In this document: one piece after another, positions 24,801-38,110 of the stretch
Position numbering within the stretch: position 1 is the stretch's first letter
Layout of the letters: the number at the start of each line of letters is the position of its first letter
Program-made: the position numbers and the translations under genes
The notes under the pieces: generated by a model
Seen by the model: the letters and a program-made list of their open reading frames with translations, nothing else
What the model was told of the DNA's origin: nothing
Databases searched by the model: none
Assembly: GCF_902459465.1 (NCBI RefSeq)
Contig: NC_047083.1
Span: forward strand, 6,448,001 to 6,512,000
Direction: 5' to 3'
Source of the DNA: Asterias rubens
Lineage: Eukaryota
Length of the DNA stretch: 64,000 nucleotides

Positions 24801-27800
24801 CCAATAGGGTTTGAATAGAAGGCTTTTAGGATGCTTGGTGGCAGCAGACTTACCAGGTAAAATCCATGGTTATTGGTTAAGTGCGCACGCTCAGAACCAC
24901 CTAAACAATGGAAATTTACCTGGTACATGTAAGTCTGCTGCCACCTAGCATTCAAAAGTCTCCCATGCAGATGTTAATATGTATACAGAGGCAGGTGCCA
25001 ATAGGGCTGGAATAACCACCCCTCCCCCCTCCCCCCTCCCTGGACCGCTGGGCAATGGAAATTGATTGGCCTACTGTACCTCACAACTTAAAGGGAAGGT
25101 GTACTATCAATGATCACTCATTATTTTAGCCAACAACCATTTTACCAGTACTGGTATTTAAGTGACTCTCCGGAGAACGTCACTCTTCACGACTATAGAA
25201 GCTGAAACTTCTAAAGGTAAATAAAATTACAAACAAAAATCTTCATTCACAGCGAGTAAGGCCAAAAAATGTTAGCTTAACAATTCCCTGCTTAGCAGGA
25301 CACCAGGCACAACTTGTACACTCACATGGTATTTTGGCTGGTCACTTTCATCAGGTAAGCATTAAGCTTGGGCGAAATCACGATATTATCGAATATCGCG
25401 ATACTAACTTGGAAACGATTTCGATATCGGATCGATTTGGTTTTTATTGAAATATCGATATATCGAGATATATCGCGATATCGATTAAATATCGCAATAT
25501 CGGGATGTATTTTCTAGCTGAGACATCATGCACCCCATAGGTTTGGAGTAAAACCAGAAGAATAGGTCATTAGAACACATCTCTTATGCTGTGACTGTCT
25601 CTTATACAACTGAAGACTGATGATGTCAAATTTAACTAATCGCGATTATATCGAATATCGCGATATATTGTCGGCGATATATCGGGAATAAAATAAATCG
25701 ATATCGCCCAAGCTTAGTAAGCATAGTGTTGCGGTACTTACATGTAGCTACCTTAGTATGTAAACATCTCTATGAAATTAGGCCTTAACATGCTCCTAGC
25801 CTTCTGCCAAAGGGGTTCTATACATACCCAAGACACATACAATCCACAGGACTCAAAACATCAGGTGGGATTCAAACCAAACACCTCTGCAGTGCTAGAG
25901 CAGATGTCTTACTACTAGATCTGTTACATTATAGTTGTTTGCTTTGCGGTTGTCTGAACTTACTTGTTTGTGATTTGAAATGCTGCAGTATCTGAGCCAG
26001 ATCCTGATTATGAGATAGATCATACAGAGCACCAGGACAGTCAATGAGTAGAAGAGCTGAGTAACGAGTTGCTATAACAATAAAATAAACAATATCAATC
26101 AGATCCTGATTATGAGATAGATCATACAGAGCACCAGGACAGTCGATGAGTAGTAGAGCTGAGTAACGAGTTGCTATAACAATAAAATAAACAATATCAA
26201 TCAGATCCTGATTATGAGATAGATCATACAGAGCACCAGGACAATCAATGAGTAGAAGAGCTGAGTAACGAGTTGCTATAACAATAAAATAAACAATATC
26301 AATCAGATCCTGATTATGAGCTAGATCATACAGAGCACCAGGACAGTCAATGAGTAGAAGAGCCGAGTTACGAGTTGCTATAACAATAAAATAAACAATA
26401 TCAATCAGATCCTGATTCATACAGAGCACCAGGACAGTCAATGAGTAGTAGAGCTGAGTAAGAGTTGCTATAACAATAAAATAAACAATATCAATCAGAT
26501 CCTGATTATGAGCTAGATCATACAGAGCACCAGGACAGTCAATGAGTAGTAGAGCTGAGTAACGAGTTGCTGTACCCAGACAATATCATTCAGGTCAAAG
26601 TCAGTCAAGAACCAGTTTTCATTAATTACACCTTTTGTTTTAAAGACAGAGAAGAGGTCTTGTAAAGCCTCAGTGTTTTCTGATACGATATATCTTTGTC
26701 TAAGGGGATGTGGGAAGAACCAGTCATACACGTTCAAAGAGAAAATTATTTTTTGTGGTTTTTTTCCGAAGAAAGAGTTGCATGCCTGATTAAAAAATTA
26801 CAAATCAGCATTATCGATGTAAAAGAATATTGAGTATTTGAGTATTTTCGATATATCGATGGACGTTAGTGATTAGTGCACACATAATGTAAACCCATGT
26901 ACATGTAGGACAGTAAAAACATGTATAGATTAGAAGCCTACACAAGCTATTAATAGTATAAGGCATTTTGAGAAACAATATACTTTGAGGTAGTGTGGAT
27001 GCTAACAGAATCACATTTTTATGCCCCAAAATTTGAATCTGAGATGCGTAGATTGTGTAGTCTATATATGGGAATTCTCTTCCTGCTAACATATTGGCAG
27101 GGCTCGAATTTGGGGAAAAAATCCACAAGACCGCAGGGCTTGTTGCTCAGAATTTTTACTGGACCGGAAGATTTTTTACAAGACCAACATTTTATTAGGA
27201 AAAAAAAAAAGTTAACACGATAGAACAGCAGGCCTTTTTCATCCCTTAGGAGGCTTTTTTTTTGCTGTGAAACCCAATCAATAAAGTTCCATATACCTAC
27301 TTCACGTCATTCTCGCCGCATCAACAAAAAAATTCCAATTTGACAGGCAAATCACCAACAAAACACTGCAACGTGCAGCATTCATAAAAAGATCGTCATA
27401 AAAAGATTGACCAAAAATTTGACAGCAGTAGTCAGAAGCTCATCAGCGTTGGTAGCCATACTTAGCAAGACGTTTGGCAACAAGACCTTACTTTTAATCC
27501 ATGCAACACAGGGATGTGTGGTATTGCAACTAGACCTTCTTAATGCAAATTCAACACTCCTTTGTAAGGTATCAGACTTTACACATAATCAGTGGTAAAC
27601 AAACATCGCTGTACTAAGGTGTGCCGCCGCGCCGGGTACCAACACATCACTCCCTCGTCTCCACTCGCTCACTCCCCGGGTGCATAAATATAAATGGTTT
27701 GAGACTAGATGTACAAGGTGTGGGCTAAGTAAACTGAATGGAAAACTTGTATGCAGCCAGATGCACGTGAAAAAAGGACGGATTGACGTTCCGCAGGCGT

Positions 27801-30800
27801 GCTCAGAACACTGATTTGACGACAAGTAAAACAAAAACTTTTATTCTAAATGAGATTGAAATACATTTTTTAATGAAAGATAATATATTTCATATAATTA
27901 TTTGTAATAGTAACTATATTAGTATGTATACAAAAAAAACACAAGACCGCCGGACTTGTCCGGCATAAAGTTTACTGGACCGAAGCTAAAATCACTGGCC
28001 TCGGGCCTGTGGTCCAGCGTGAAATTCGAGCCCTGATTGGCTCAAGATTTTCTGCGGAATCTTGAAAACATGACCACTTCTTTGCAATGAAATTTTCACA
28101 TTCTAGTTTGATTGTATTATACATGTTCTAGTACACTTATAGGATACAAACAAAAACCAAAGGGTATATTTTACCTTTAAACATAAATTGAAAATTTATT
28201 CTTAGGTGAATTATAACCGACTTATATTAAAACGTGAAATTATATCCTAAACTAATTTCAGTTCACTATGAATAATCCACACCATTATTACATACAGTGT
28301 ACACTATGTATTCATAATTTGGTGAACATGGTATTCTAAAGGCCTGCAGGTTTACACTGTTTTACTTACCATCAATTGTATCCAACTTGACAGGTGTTGA
28401 GAACGGCTTACTCTTAAATTCATTTAACCATCGTTTGCTGCTCTCATCTTGTTCAATGAAGTCAATTGGCTTTCTCTGCAAAATATGACAAACATTTAAA
28501 CACAAATCTCTGGTTAAAGGGTCTATGAATTTGTTTTCCAACACAAAACACAATGTCCACAGATTTACATTAAACTTACACAGTTTGAAGATAATAATAG
28601 TAGAAAGATTCCCTTAAAATTCCCTTAAATATTACTTACTGAGGTGCTTTAGTTTTAGAGAAATGCTTGAGTCCAGTGTTCTTAATCGCTAGGCCATGAC
28701 ACGCCACAACAAAGTCTGCCATCTTTGAAATCAAATTTATGGAAAATTACTTCTTTCTCAAAAACTACTTTACTTCAGAGGGAGTGGTTTCTCACATTAA
28801 TGTTTCATACTATCAACAGCGCTCCATTCCTTGCACCAAGAAAGTTTTTATGCTGACAACTTTTTTGAGTAAATACACCAATTTATGTCCACTGCCTTTA
28901 AGGCAGTGCTGCTCAGAGAAGATAACAATGCAATGACTTACATCTGGTGATGCCAACTGCACACTGAATGCTGAATGACATAACGTGAAAGCATGTATGA
29001 AAGACTGTGCTGGAACTCCTGCAACATACAAACAACAAACATTGTTATACCTCTGTACAAGTTGTGAAGTTTGGTTGGTCGAGAACAAATCATGTGACTG
29101 AAACAAAAACAAAAGGTTACATGGCTCAACGGGCCGGGTAACCTGAAAAGTGATGTACACCGGTGTACATCACCTTGATCGTTCCCAGGGTTGGTCGATT
29201 TCCAGCGCTGTGTACCAAACAACCGCGGGTTCGAGGGAATTGTTTCTTGTTTGTCTGCTTATTAAACAATGAAGAGGGCAAATAGTCCGTCGTAAAAACG
29301 TTTGAAAGAAGATGACAACAGAACTTCATGAAAAGGAATAACAATTATACAAAGTTATAACAAAACAATTGTTGCACGCTGTGACTGGGGTCCAATGGGT
29401 TTTGTACACCCTCGAGGTAAAATGGCACCCTCGGCTTCGACTCGGGTTCCATTTCCCCCTCAGGTGTACCAAACCCCATGGACCCCGTCACAGCGTGCAA
29501 CAATTGTATGTTATATTTCAGTAAGGCTGAACAAAATAATTTTTGTGTTTCCGGTTACCCGACCGTCCCTAGAAAATCACGCCGACCCTGTATCTTTTTA
29601 TTTAAAAAAAACGTATAAAAATAAAATATTATGGTGCCGACCCTAAACCTCATTTTTGTGCACATCGTCCTGGTACGTTTCTATGTTTTTTCCTATATTT
29701 TTTATTCATCCAAACAAGATTGTCAGACACTTCGAACCTTTGTCATTTCGTACCTTGGTCACTTCAATCGTACGTACCCACCGGCACGCCGCGTGTCCTC
29801 CCGTCCTTCGGATCGTTATGATTTCGTCCGTCCACACACACACACCACACGCACCAGGACCTTCTCGACAAATTCAGTTGTTGTGTTTATATATTCTAGA
29901 AATGTGCTTGCAACACTTGCGCAAATTGAAGACGTGCCTACGCAAATTAAAACATTTTACCTGCGAGAATGTGCACATTTCCAACATTGCGCATTGGAAT
30001 TTTGAACTTGCGTGATTACTTTTTTAGCGCGGTTCTGTGACGTACTTGGGCTCGTCGAAAAAGGAGTGCAGGGGTGTTTTCAGAAATTTGTCACTCCGTT
30101 TATTTGCAGATAAAGTTGGGGGTCAAGCATTGCAATTTCTGAAAAGTTATTTTTTGCAATTTTGTTTTTATGACTTAAGAATACATTAATATAAATGAGG
30201 AAAGTGTTTTTGAAAATGTTTGACAAGGGTCAACACAAGCATGGTGCCCCACCGAGACGCAATCGATCGAGACTTCTCAACTCCTTTCGTTGCATGCATG
30301 TGCTGTACATGAGTATGTACATATACATAAACATGTACATCTAAACCAAACATGTACTATGTGTGTACGTGCGGCGTGTGTTTGTGCATGCCGTGTACTG
30401 TGTGTGTCACGGCACCGCATGTAAAAATAAATAGTGTTTTTCGCTGCAGCATCATGGCGGCACAGCTGGGGACAGGGGGAGTCTTCGCATTGCTGCAAGG
30501 ATCTAGCATGGCGTCTCCACAAACCTCACATATTTATATTTATTCATTTACTTTTACATAAAAACTGCAATAAAAACATGTTGTTATTTGTTCTTGAAAG
30601 AATGGTTACATGTTCTTGTGTTTGTATTTGTACTCAAACCATCCAATTTCAACTGGTGTTAATTAAGTCAGATACATGTATTCACAAATCAGTGAATAGA
30701 CAGTACTGCATGTAGGGACTATTGATATTTACATAACAAATTTGACACGGTCAGTTTTTCAATTGCGTGCGCAAAATAAAAAAAATATCAGAACATTAGC

Positions 30801-33800
30801 CTACCCTAATTTTCAGAGCCATAAAAACTTTAAGCAAAAACAAAAGTTATTGCCTACCTACCTACCCTATTCTCCTGCCACAGTGTACCGGTAATAGGAA
30901 ACACAACTATTCTTTTGTTCGGCCTAACAAATTGTGAAGTTTTATTGGTCGAGAACCAACACCGACAAAGACAGTGTGCTATACGGCTCAGGGGTCAGGT
31001 AACATGAGAAGTGATATACATCACCTTGATCGTTCTCAGCGTTGGATGATTTTTAGCGCTGTGTGATAAACACCCGCAGGTTTGAGGGAACAGTGAAGAA
31101 TTGTGTCTCATTTGAATGTTCGTCTGCTTTTAACAATGCATACTCCGTCCTAATGTTTGAAGATGACAACAAAACTTTGAGAAGAGGAATAATAATGTTA
31201 CCACTGCATTAAAAAATGGTTGCACGCTGTGACTGGGGGTCATCCTTTTTTATGCCCATCCGAATATAAACTGTAGAATAGTTGTTGAGAAAATAGAATT
31301 AGCTGTTGCAAACAACTTACCAACCAAACGGCCCAAGGGTATAAATGCAAAAAATAGTTTTTAATGGCCTGACCATTGACCCTAGCAGAGTCTTTCTCTC
31401 AGGCTAAATGACAACACAACAAACATGAACAGGTAACTAAGTGAAACATAAGCAGTGAAGTGGAAATACATGAATGGGATTAGAAAGCATACAGAAAAAA
31501 GCAAGGAGGGTTAAACAATGAATAGGGAGACAAGGGGGGGGGGGGTTGAAGTGAAGGGAATGGCTTACCATAAGAAGATGGAAACACAAATGACGATACC
31601 AAGGGTGGGGAGGTGGGGGAAAAAAGTAACTAATTAGTGAATGAGGCTCAGGCTAAAAAGCTGTGGGGAAAAAGGAGATGTCAAACTAAAAGGTTTATTA
31701 GTTGTTTCCTTCTTGCTTGAATGTTCAGACCATGGGGTTGAATGGTCTAGAGGCATCTATTCCAGAGTTTCTCCCTACTAAAACGAATATAATAGTTTTT
31801 CTACTTTTTTGGGTGTAAAAAGACTTCTGGTCAAGGAAACATTTTTGAATTAATACACTTTAGTACAAGTCCTATAGTCAAGTGGAGAACCCTGCAATTG
31901 TTCTTTTGCTGAGTGCCATACGTGCGTTATTAAGGGCGCTTAATAGCCCTGGTAGGCGTCAGTCAGCGCCACTGCACCTTGACAACCTGGGTACAAAGCT
32001 TCTTTACAGCGAACAAGAATTCGACAACAATTTTTAAGTTATGTTTCACCTGCTTTGAGAAGTTGAATTTCTGTTCAAATATTCTTGGTGTCCCCTGCTA
32101 CACTATCGACCGTTCACAACCAACAAATTATTTCCAAAAATAAGTCAAAGCTACACAAGGACAAACAAGACACCCAAGGCAAGCCCGGCATTTACTGCAT
32201 TCCCTGCGATTGCGGTAAAGTCTACATCGGGGAGACCGGCCGCAACATATCTACCAGAATCAAGGAACATCAAGCACACAGCAGACTGGGACACCTAAAC
32301 AAATAAGTAATCATCAAACACTCACACGAACAAGATCATCTTATCAAATGGAAACAAGCCCAGCTCATCGCTCCAGTCAAGTTCTGGCACCAATGCAGAG
32401 TTAGGGAGGCAATCGAGATTAAAGGCAGTGGACACTATTGGTAAATGTCAAAGACTAGCCTTCACAGTTGGTGTATCTCAACATATGCATAAAATAACTA
32501 ACCTGTGAAAATTTGAGCTGAAGTGGTCATCGAAGTTGCGAGATAATAATGAAAAAAAAAAACACCCTTGTCACACGAAGTTGTGTGCGTTTAGATGGTT
32601 GATTTCGAGACCTCAAGTTCTAAATCTGAGGTCTCGAAATCAAATTCGTGGAAAATTACTTCTTTCTCGAAAACTACGTCACTTCAGAGGGAGCCGTTTC
32701 TCACAATGTTTTGTACTACCAACCTCTCCCCATTACTCGTGCTCAAGAAAGGTTTCTGCTAATAATTATTTTGAGTAATTACCAATAGTGTCCACTGCCT
32801 TTAAGGCCCACAACACAGTTCCACAAGACATCGGATTCTTCGCGCGTTCGACCGATCGTGAAGGTAAACCATTCCTGTGGGCGATTTCTCAAAGCAATAA
32901 AATTCATTGCAAGACAAATTTTCAGTATCACCATAGTGATTTATATTGTGACGTCACTTTAGTTTTAGTTAGCAACTACGATTGATTTGCAGTTAAGATC
33001 AATCTTACACCTTTGTGAATTCGGCCCCTGAACATCGGCCGATCGCGCAAAACCATTCCTGCACAATTGGCCGATCGCGCAAAACCATTCCTGCACAATC
33101 GGCCGATCGCGCAAAACCATTCCTGCACATTCGGCCGATCGCGCAGAGCCAATCCCCTACGATCGGTTGATCGCGCATGTTCTTTGCCGAATGTTGCTCG
33201 ATCGACGGATTGTTGCGCAATCGACCGATTGTTGCGCGATCCACCGATTGTTGCGCGACCAATAGATAGTTCAATAGCGCAGCATGATCGGTCGATAGCG
33301 CAGCGCGATCGGTTGATCGCGCAGATTGACCTATAGCACCCAACATATATTCCAATAATATTTGTAGCCTTATAATTATCGTAGGAGGTCCTGTTTTCGA
33401 GGTGTCCCTAAAATCGCGGCAAATCTTTTACCTCTATGTTAACAGTCCCTAGATACAAAATTTGTGGTTTTATTTGCCAAGCAAAGAGTCTCCTCTCCCT
33501 TGACCAAAACTTAGAAACACGTAAGGCTCCACTGGATATTTGCACTTGTAAATATGCAAAAAGGTTGGTATTTTAGGCATTTCTACAAGGTACAAAAATA
33601 TGTCATAATGTTGGGGCCATATAAAAATATTTGCCCACCGAAAAAGTTTCATCAAACACTATTTCAATACACAATTCATGATGATCAAATCATGTGACTG
33701 AATATTTTGCTGAGCATTCTGGAAAAAAAATACAGAGAAGCCATGTGCCATATATCATTTTCTAATATTTTTGGAGATTTTTTTCTTAACCCGCAGATCA

Positions 33801-34889
33801 ATATTATTATTAATATAAAAAATTTAAACGATCAGCTTGTTGAATCAATTATCACTGTTTGTTTATCACTTTATTATAAATTTCAAGAGAAAAAAAAGGG
33901 GTCAAAAATTAAATAAAAATCAGATTTGAAAGCCAATGATTATTCACACTTTTATTAAATTATTTATTTTGTAATTTTTTGCAAATTACCATGGTAATTT
34001 TAAAATTTCATTAAACAATATTTTGAATAAAACGAAGATAACTGCTGGCTATAAAGTCATACACAGAGTCTCAAAGACCACTTGGTTGTAGTCACTGTAG
34101 ATGTTTCTTCCATGTATGGCTTCACCGGGAAACCATGCTTTCTTGTTTGCCGTGAAAACAGGAAAAACTCAAAACAAATGGGGCCAGTTGAAGTCAGCGA
34201 AGATCGGTGTGTAGTGTGAACATTTCAATGTCCATCAAGTTTTAATCTATGTTTGCATACTTCATACTAACAAAAGAAGGTAATTAGGGGGGTCCTACTA
34301 AAAGCCAACAACTCGCCGACAACGCCCGACCGTTTTCCGTGAACTCCCAGTTTTTTTTCTGGTTAAAAATTCACACTTTTCGTGACGTTTTTCCATTAGG
34401 GCATTGGTTGATATATATGGCATCATTCTTTTTTTCCCAATTCAAAGAAAAAGGCATAATAGCGTGAAAACTGGTAAGCGGAGGATATATGTTATTACTA
34501 ATAACCATAGAGTCTGTCCTTACTCTATGTAATAACTATATAACATGATCAAACTTTTTATGGGACTATGTATATTCATGGTGGGACTGAACTTAATACA
34601 TAAAAATGAGGCCTACGCGCACGGTACGCAGTGTGAAAATCGAACTTTTTCAACTGGGTGCCGAGTTTGTATTTGTACAAGTGCCGAGTTTGCAGGTGCC
34701 GAGTTCGCAAGGTGCCGAAGTCATGGAAGTGACCGGTACCCGTTTGGGACACCCCCACTGGCCTGGGACGATTATCAAGTTGGGGCGGAACATGCAGGCC
34801 TACGACTACGTCCTTTTTGAGAATAAATACAACAAACCTTCCTTTGCGCTGATTACAAGAAGACAACTCGCTTTAGCTGATGACGCCAT
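21881..34889 (-). CDS. GATD1: Glutamine amidotransferase-like class 1 domain-containing protein 1 (GATD1/PDDC1; DJ-1/PfpI superfamily)
   Basis: Exons 34889-34838 ([17 protein letters not shown]), 29018-28942 ([20 protein letters not shown]), 28475-28370 ([27 protein letters not shown]), 26071-25964 ([36 protein letters not shown]), 24753-24650 ([20 protein letters not shown]), 22988-22895 ([21 protein letters not shown]), 22377-22266 ([21 protein letters not shown]), 21905-21881 (KQGKAGVK*). All GT-AG with matching phases, colinear with vertebrate GATD1 as remembered. Confidence 0.95.
22418..22850 (+). mobile_element. tRNA-derived SINE family A, near full-length, in GATD1 intron
   Basis: gtggccgagc A box, ggttcgaatccc B box, body shared with 1176-1430, AT-rich tail. 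Confidence 0.8.
23161..23536. mobile_element. MITE family 1 copy
   Basis: Family 1 TIRs with TTAA at 23161-23164 and 23533-23536. Confidence 0.85.
23928..24093. mobile_element. Small fold-back MITE
   Basis: aaatataacatggttt ... aaaccatgttatattt termini, with further internal inverted matches (gagctccc / ggggagct). Confidence 0.6.
24340..24600. mobile_element. MITE family gggcccaatttcatagagctgctaagc (left end degraded)
   Basis: Right TIR ...gcttagcagctctatgaaattgggccc matches the complete copy at 62702-63274. Confidence 0.75.
24820..24965. mobile_element. Hairpin MITE flanking GATD1 exon 5
   Basis: gcttggtggcagcagacttaccaggtaaa..tccat is mirrored by atggaaatttacctggta[catgta]agtctgctgccacctagc; a partial third arm lies at 24602-24640. 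Confidence 0.7.
25355..25724. mobile_element. hAT-type MITE with 8-bp target-site duplication
   Basis: TIR taagcttgggcga...tcgcccaagctta (25363-25716); TSD gtaagcat at 25355-25362 and 25717-25724; interior rich in gatatc/cgatat motifs. Confidence 0.9.
25998..26571 (-). repeat. 102-bp tandem array overlapping the GATD1 exon 4 acceptor (6 copies, one of 90 bp)
   Basis: cagatcctgatt anchors at 25998, 26100, 26202, 26304, 26406, 26496. Confidence 0.95.
29040..29530. repeat. Interspersed repeat (second copy at ~30925-31245) followed by a small inverted-repeat MITE (29345-29515)
   Basis: tgtgaagttt..ttggtcgagaac...catcaccttgatcgtt...ttgcacgctgtgactgggg is shared with 30925-31245; acaattgttgcacgctgtgac / gtcacagcgtgcaacaattgt inverted pair. 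Confidence 0.7.
32080..32850 (+). pseudogene. Penelope-like GIY-YIG endonuclease fragment, interrupted by a MITE
   Basis: [29 protein letters not shown]...H...REAIEI|[11 protein letters not shown]; GIY..YIGET and REAIEI motifs of Penelope-like elements. Confidence 0.85.
32419..32804. mobile_element. MITE family 1 copy (reverse orientation) with duplicated TTAA target
   Basis: Element 32423-32800; removing it and one TTAA restores gag att aag gcc cac (EIKAH). Confidence 0.9.
33025..33330. repeat. CGATCG-rich low-complexity repeat with ~32-bp tandem units
   Basis: ggccgatcgcgcaaaaccattcctgcac repeated three times, then degenerate gatcg units. Confidence 0.75.
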
Positions 34890-35469
34890 TCCTCTTCTAC
34901 TGCTGAGCACACGTGTGTGTTGTCTTTAATACCACTTATTTACCTGTGAATATGATATGTCGTATCACACCCTGGTGGCCAACAGCATGCGTTTGAGCAT
35001 CCTCGTCTTAGCTAGCTGCTGGCTGTGTTTGTTCGATTGCTGTTTCGGGCCGGGTGCATGTCATGTGTCGTGTGTAGGTCAAAGGTTATTGCGCAGCGGC
35101 GTGTGTACACAGAAAGCCTCGTTGCGTCGTCTGCTGCATAAGGTTGTATAACTGTTGGCATCAGAAAACTTAAATTTCCATTGCTCTATGCCTTGGTTCA
35201 TTGACGAAAAAAAACTGTCTTATCTTATTCATTTATTTATTTATTTTCAGGCAAGCAGTACATACAAAGAAACCACACAGAAAAAATAACACTACAGAGA
35301 CCAATTTATTACCTACTGCGGATAATTGCAAACAGCGAAAATGATCCGATCTTACCAGACAAAAAAGAACATGACAACAATAAAAGTTCCTGAAAATATA
35401 GTTTACAACAAATCTATCACAAAAAAATACTTAACAACACAACAATTAGTTGTAGTTTTTGTTCATCAA

Positions 35470-35755
35470 CTTGTCCCCCGCAATCTTCTCCCCGGATGCA
35501 CACACTTGGAACACGGTACTTGGTCCCCCCCCCCCGCAATCTTCTCTCCGGATGTACACGCTTGGAACACGGTACTTGGTCCCCCCCCCCCCGCAATCTT
35601 CTCCCCGGATGTACACGCTTGGAACACGGTACTTGGTCCCCCCCCCCCCTCCCCCGCAATCTTCTCCCCGGATGTACACGCTTGGAACACGGTACTTGTT
35701 CCCCCGCAATCTTCTCTCCCCGGATGTACACGCTTGGAACACGGGGTTGGTCCCC
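35470..35755. repeat. Minisatellite, ~55-62-bp units with variable poly-C, 5 copies
   Basis: cccgcaatcttctccccggatgtacacgcttggaacacgg repeated. Confidence 0.9.
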
Positions 35756-37160
35756 GGCCGCAATTTTTTAAAGATTCCTGTCTAGGAATTACCTTTTCTT
35801 AAACCTTGGACTCTTGAATTGTTTTTAAATACCGTGTGTTTCTTCCTCACACTTCGGTAGAAGAACTGTATTTTAATTTTGCAATTTTCTGAAAAAGTAA
35901 TTGAATTATTTGTGTTATTCCAGTTGATAGTTCTTGGTGACAACAGAAACCAATTTGTTGTAGAGTGGTTAATAATTAAGACAAAGTAAGTTGAGATAAG
36001 GTTTTTTTTTTTTTTTTTGTCTTTCCATTATAGCGTACGCCCAAGAATTGCACTGTGTGTAAGACCAAACCCTGTGTCCCGCAAATGGACACTAATCTTG
36101 GGGGCAAGGGATATGACACATTGTTTGAGGGTGTCCCAAATGCCCCCCCAAAATTTGCCAAAAACTGCACCACAGAGCACCTAAAATGCAAACTTTTGCT
36201 CGGGCCCTTCAGCGGGCCCGGACCCCACACGACGTAAGGCTTTTCACACGAATGCTCCATCGTAAATTGATTTGCACCTCCCCCAATTGAAAGAGTGGAA
36301 GGGATGTGTCCCCACCCCAATTTTAAAGGGTGGTGGACACAAACGTTCCCGCGCTTTCGTTAACTCCTGTGTCTTATGCCGTAGGTTTCACACTCGCGTC
36401 CTCACTCTAGACTTTAGCCCTGTTCGCAATGGACTTAATTTTGGTAAACTAACCGAGCCAATGGGTAACTTACCCATTTTAAGTTCAATGCGAACAGCCC
36501 AGGAAGTTTTCCTCCCAGGTAAGTTACCTTACCCGAATGGGTAGTTTAACCATGGAGGAAGAAATACCGAGCCAAAGGTGCCCAGGAAGATTGATGACCA
36601 GGTCAGTTTTTAAACCGAGCCAGAAAGTCCAATGCGGACGCGACGACTCGGTTAAATCTCCCATCCGTACGAGACCCGAAGAAGCTGACACGTTTTGTTA
36701 TGGAAGAATAAGATTTCGTGATTATCGAGCTATTCAATGTTATGAAGGGGCCATCTCGGTTACCACGGTCTCGGTAAGTTTAGCCGAGTCAAATAAATCC
36801 AAGTGCGGACGGTGGGAAAGTTAACCCAGCGGAATGTTACCCAGCGGATTGGCTTAGTTTATACTCAAAATACTATGTCCAGTGCGAACACGGCTTTAGA
36901 CAGATTTTCACCCTCAAACTTGTGTCATAGATCCGCACCTAAAGATGCTGCTAACCAAACAAGTTTGCTTACACATTTTAACGGCTGTATGTTGTTTCAT
37001 TCGCTATGCATCCTATTGGCCTAAGACTACATCACAGAGCATCTATAATTACAATGCATTAGAATGCAAAATTAGTTTTCTCGGCGGGCCTTTCAGGGGG
37101 CCCGGACCCATGCCGTAAAGGGTTCATCACACCCGCTTGACCGAAGTTGACACTGCGCAG

Positions 37161-37199
37161 TTAGTTCCAAAGCTTAGGACTTCTAAGCTTTGGAACTAA
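37161..37199. repeat. Perfect 17-bp hairpin with 5-nt loop
   Basis: ttagttccaaagcttag-gactt-ctaagctttggaactaa. Confidence 0.85.
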
Positions 37200-38110
37200 T
37201 AGGAGCTGAATTGAAGGTATGCCATGCCCTTCACAAAGCAAAACAAGAATTTTTCCTCGTCAAATTTGGACAAGGAGTTTATTAATTTTAGTAAATTTCT
37301 AGAAGATTTTCTTTCTTTTGCACGCAACAATTTATTCTCGTCGCCAATGTTGTGAATGGCGCTATATATCTTATACATGTAGCAACATTCGGATATTTAC
37401 CGGATAGGTGAGTCGCACCGCTCTGGAAGCCCGGGGGTTTGGGGAGCTCTAAGGAGACACACAATCACACAGGATGGTTTCTGGAATACGACTGGCGTGG
37501 CCCAGGGTGCGCGCCCAGGGCTTGCATGGTGCTTGGTGCACGCACCGGTCACGCCTGACTTATTTGTTGCTTTTAAGCAACCTTATGACCGTGGTGCAAT
37601 CGCGCATTACACAATATTGGGTGCGTTCGTTTAGCTTCCACGGGTCATACCCGGTCTGCCCCGGTGTGTTCGGATAGCTTTTGACGTCATTCCAGGGGCT
37701 CACCCAGGTCAGCCCCCAGTGCCCTGCTTGTGGAGTGGGTCACTTGGGGGCTGGCCCCCAAGTAAACACGTCAACACGAGAGCGGTGAGTGGTCGTTCGT
37801 TTAGCTCTTGTCAGGGGCTCACCCGAGTGAGCACCGCGGGACAGTCCCAGAGAAGCTAAATGAACCATTGCTCCATGAATGAACGCACCCATAATATTGT
37901 CTCCAGTCTTTTTGTATGAACAACCAAGCATGTGACGTCAAACGCAGAGAGGAGTCTTCTATACGGTCTTCAGAATGACAATTTTTTTGTTACCACGAGA
38001 AGGACATGTTTTGTGAAAACGCAGTCAAAATGACATTCTTATTGTACAAGGAGATTTAAGTACCGTCTGTATATAGATGAACCATTGAACACATCACGAA
38101 CTGTAGCAGG

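Noticed and set aside
26513-26737. [16 protein letters not shown]... as an extra GATD1 exon
   Set aside because: Different frame from exon 4, no resemblance to GATD1, and exon 3 already joins exon 4 without a gap.
29950-29985. Alternative GATD1 first exon [11 protein letters not shown] with phase-1 donor
   Set aside because: No similarity to the GATD1 N-terminus; the exon at 34889-34838 (SCLLVIS) matches much better.
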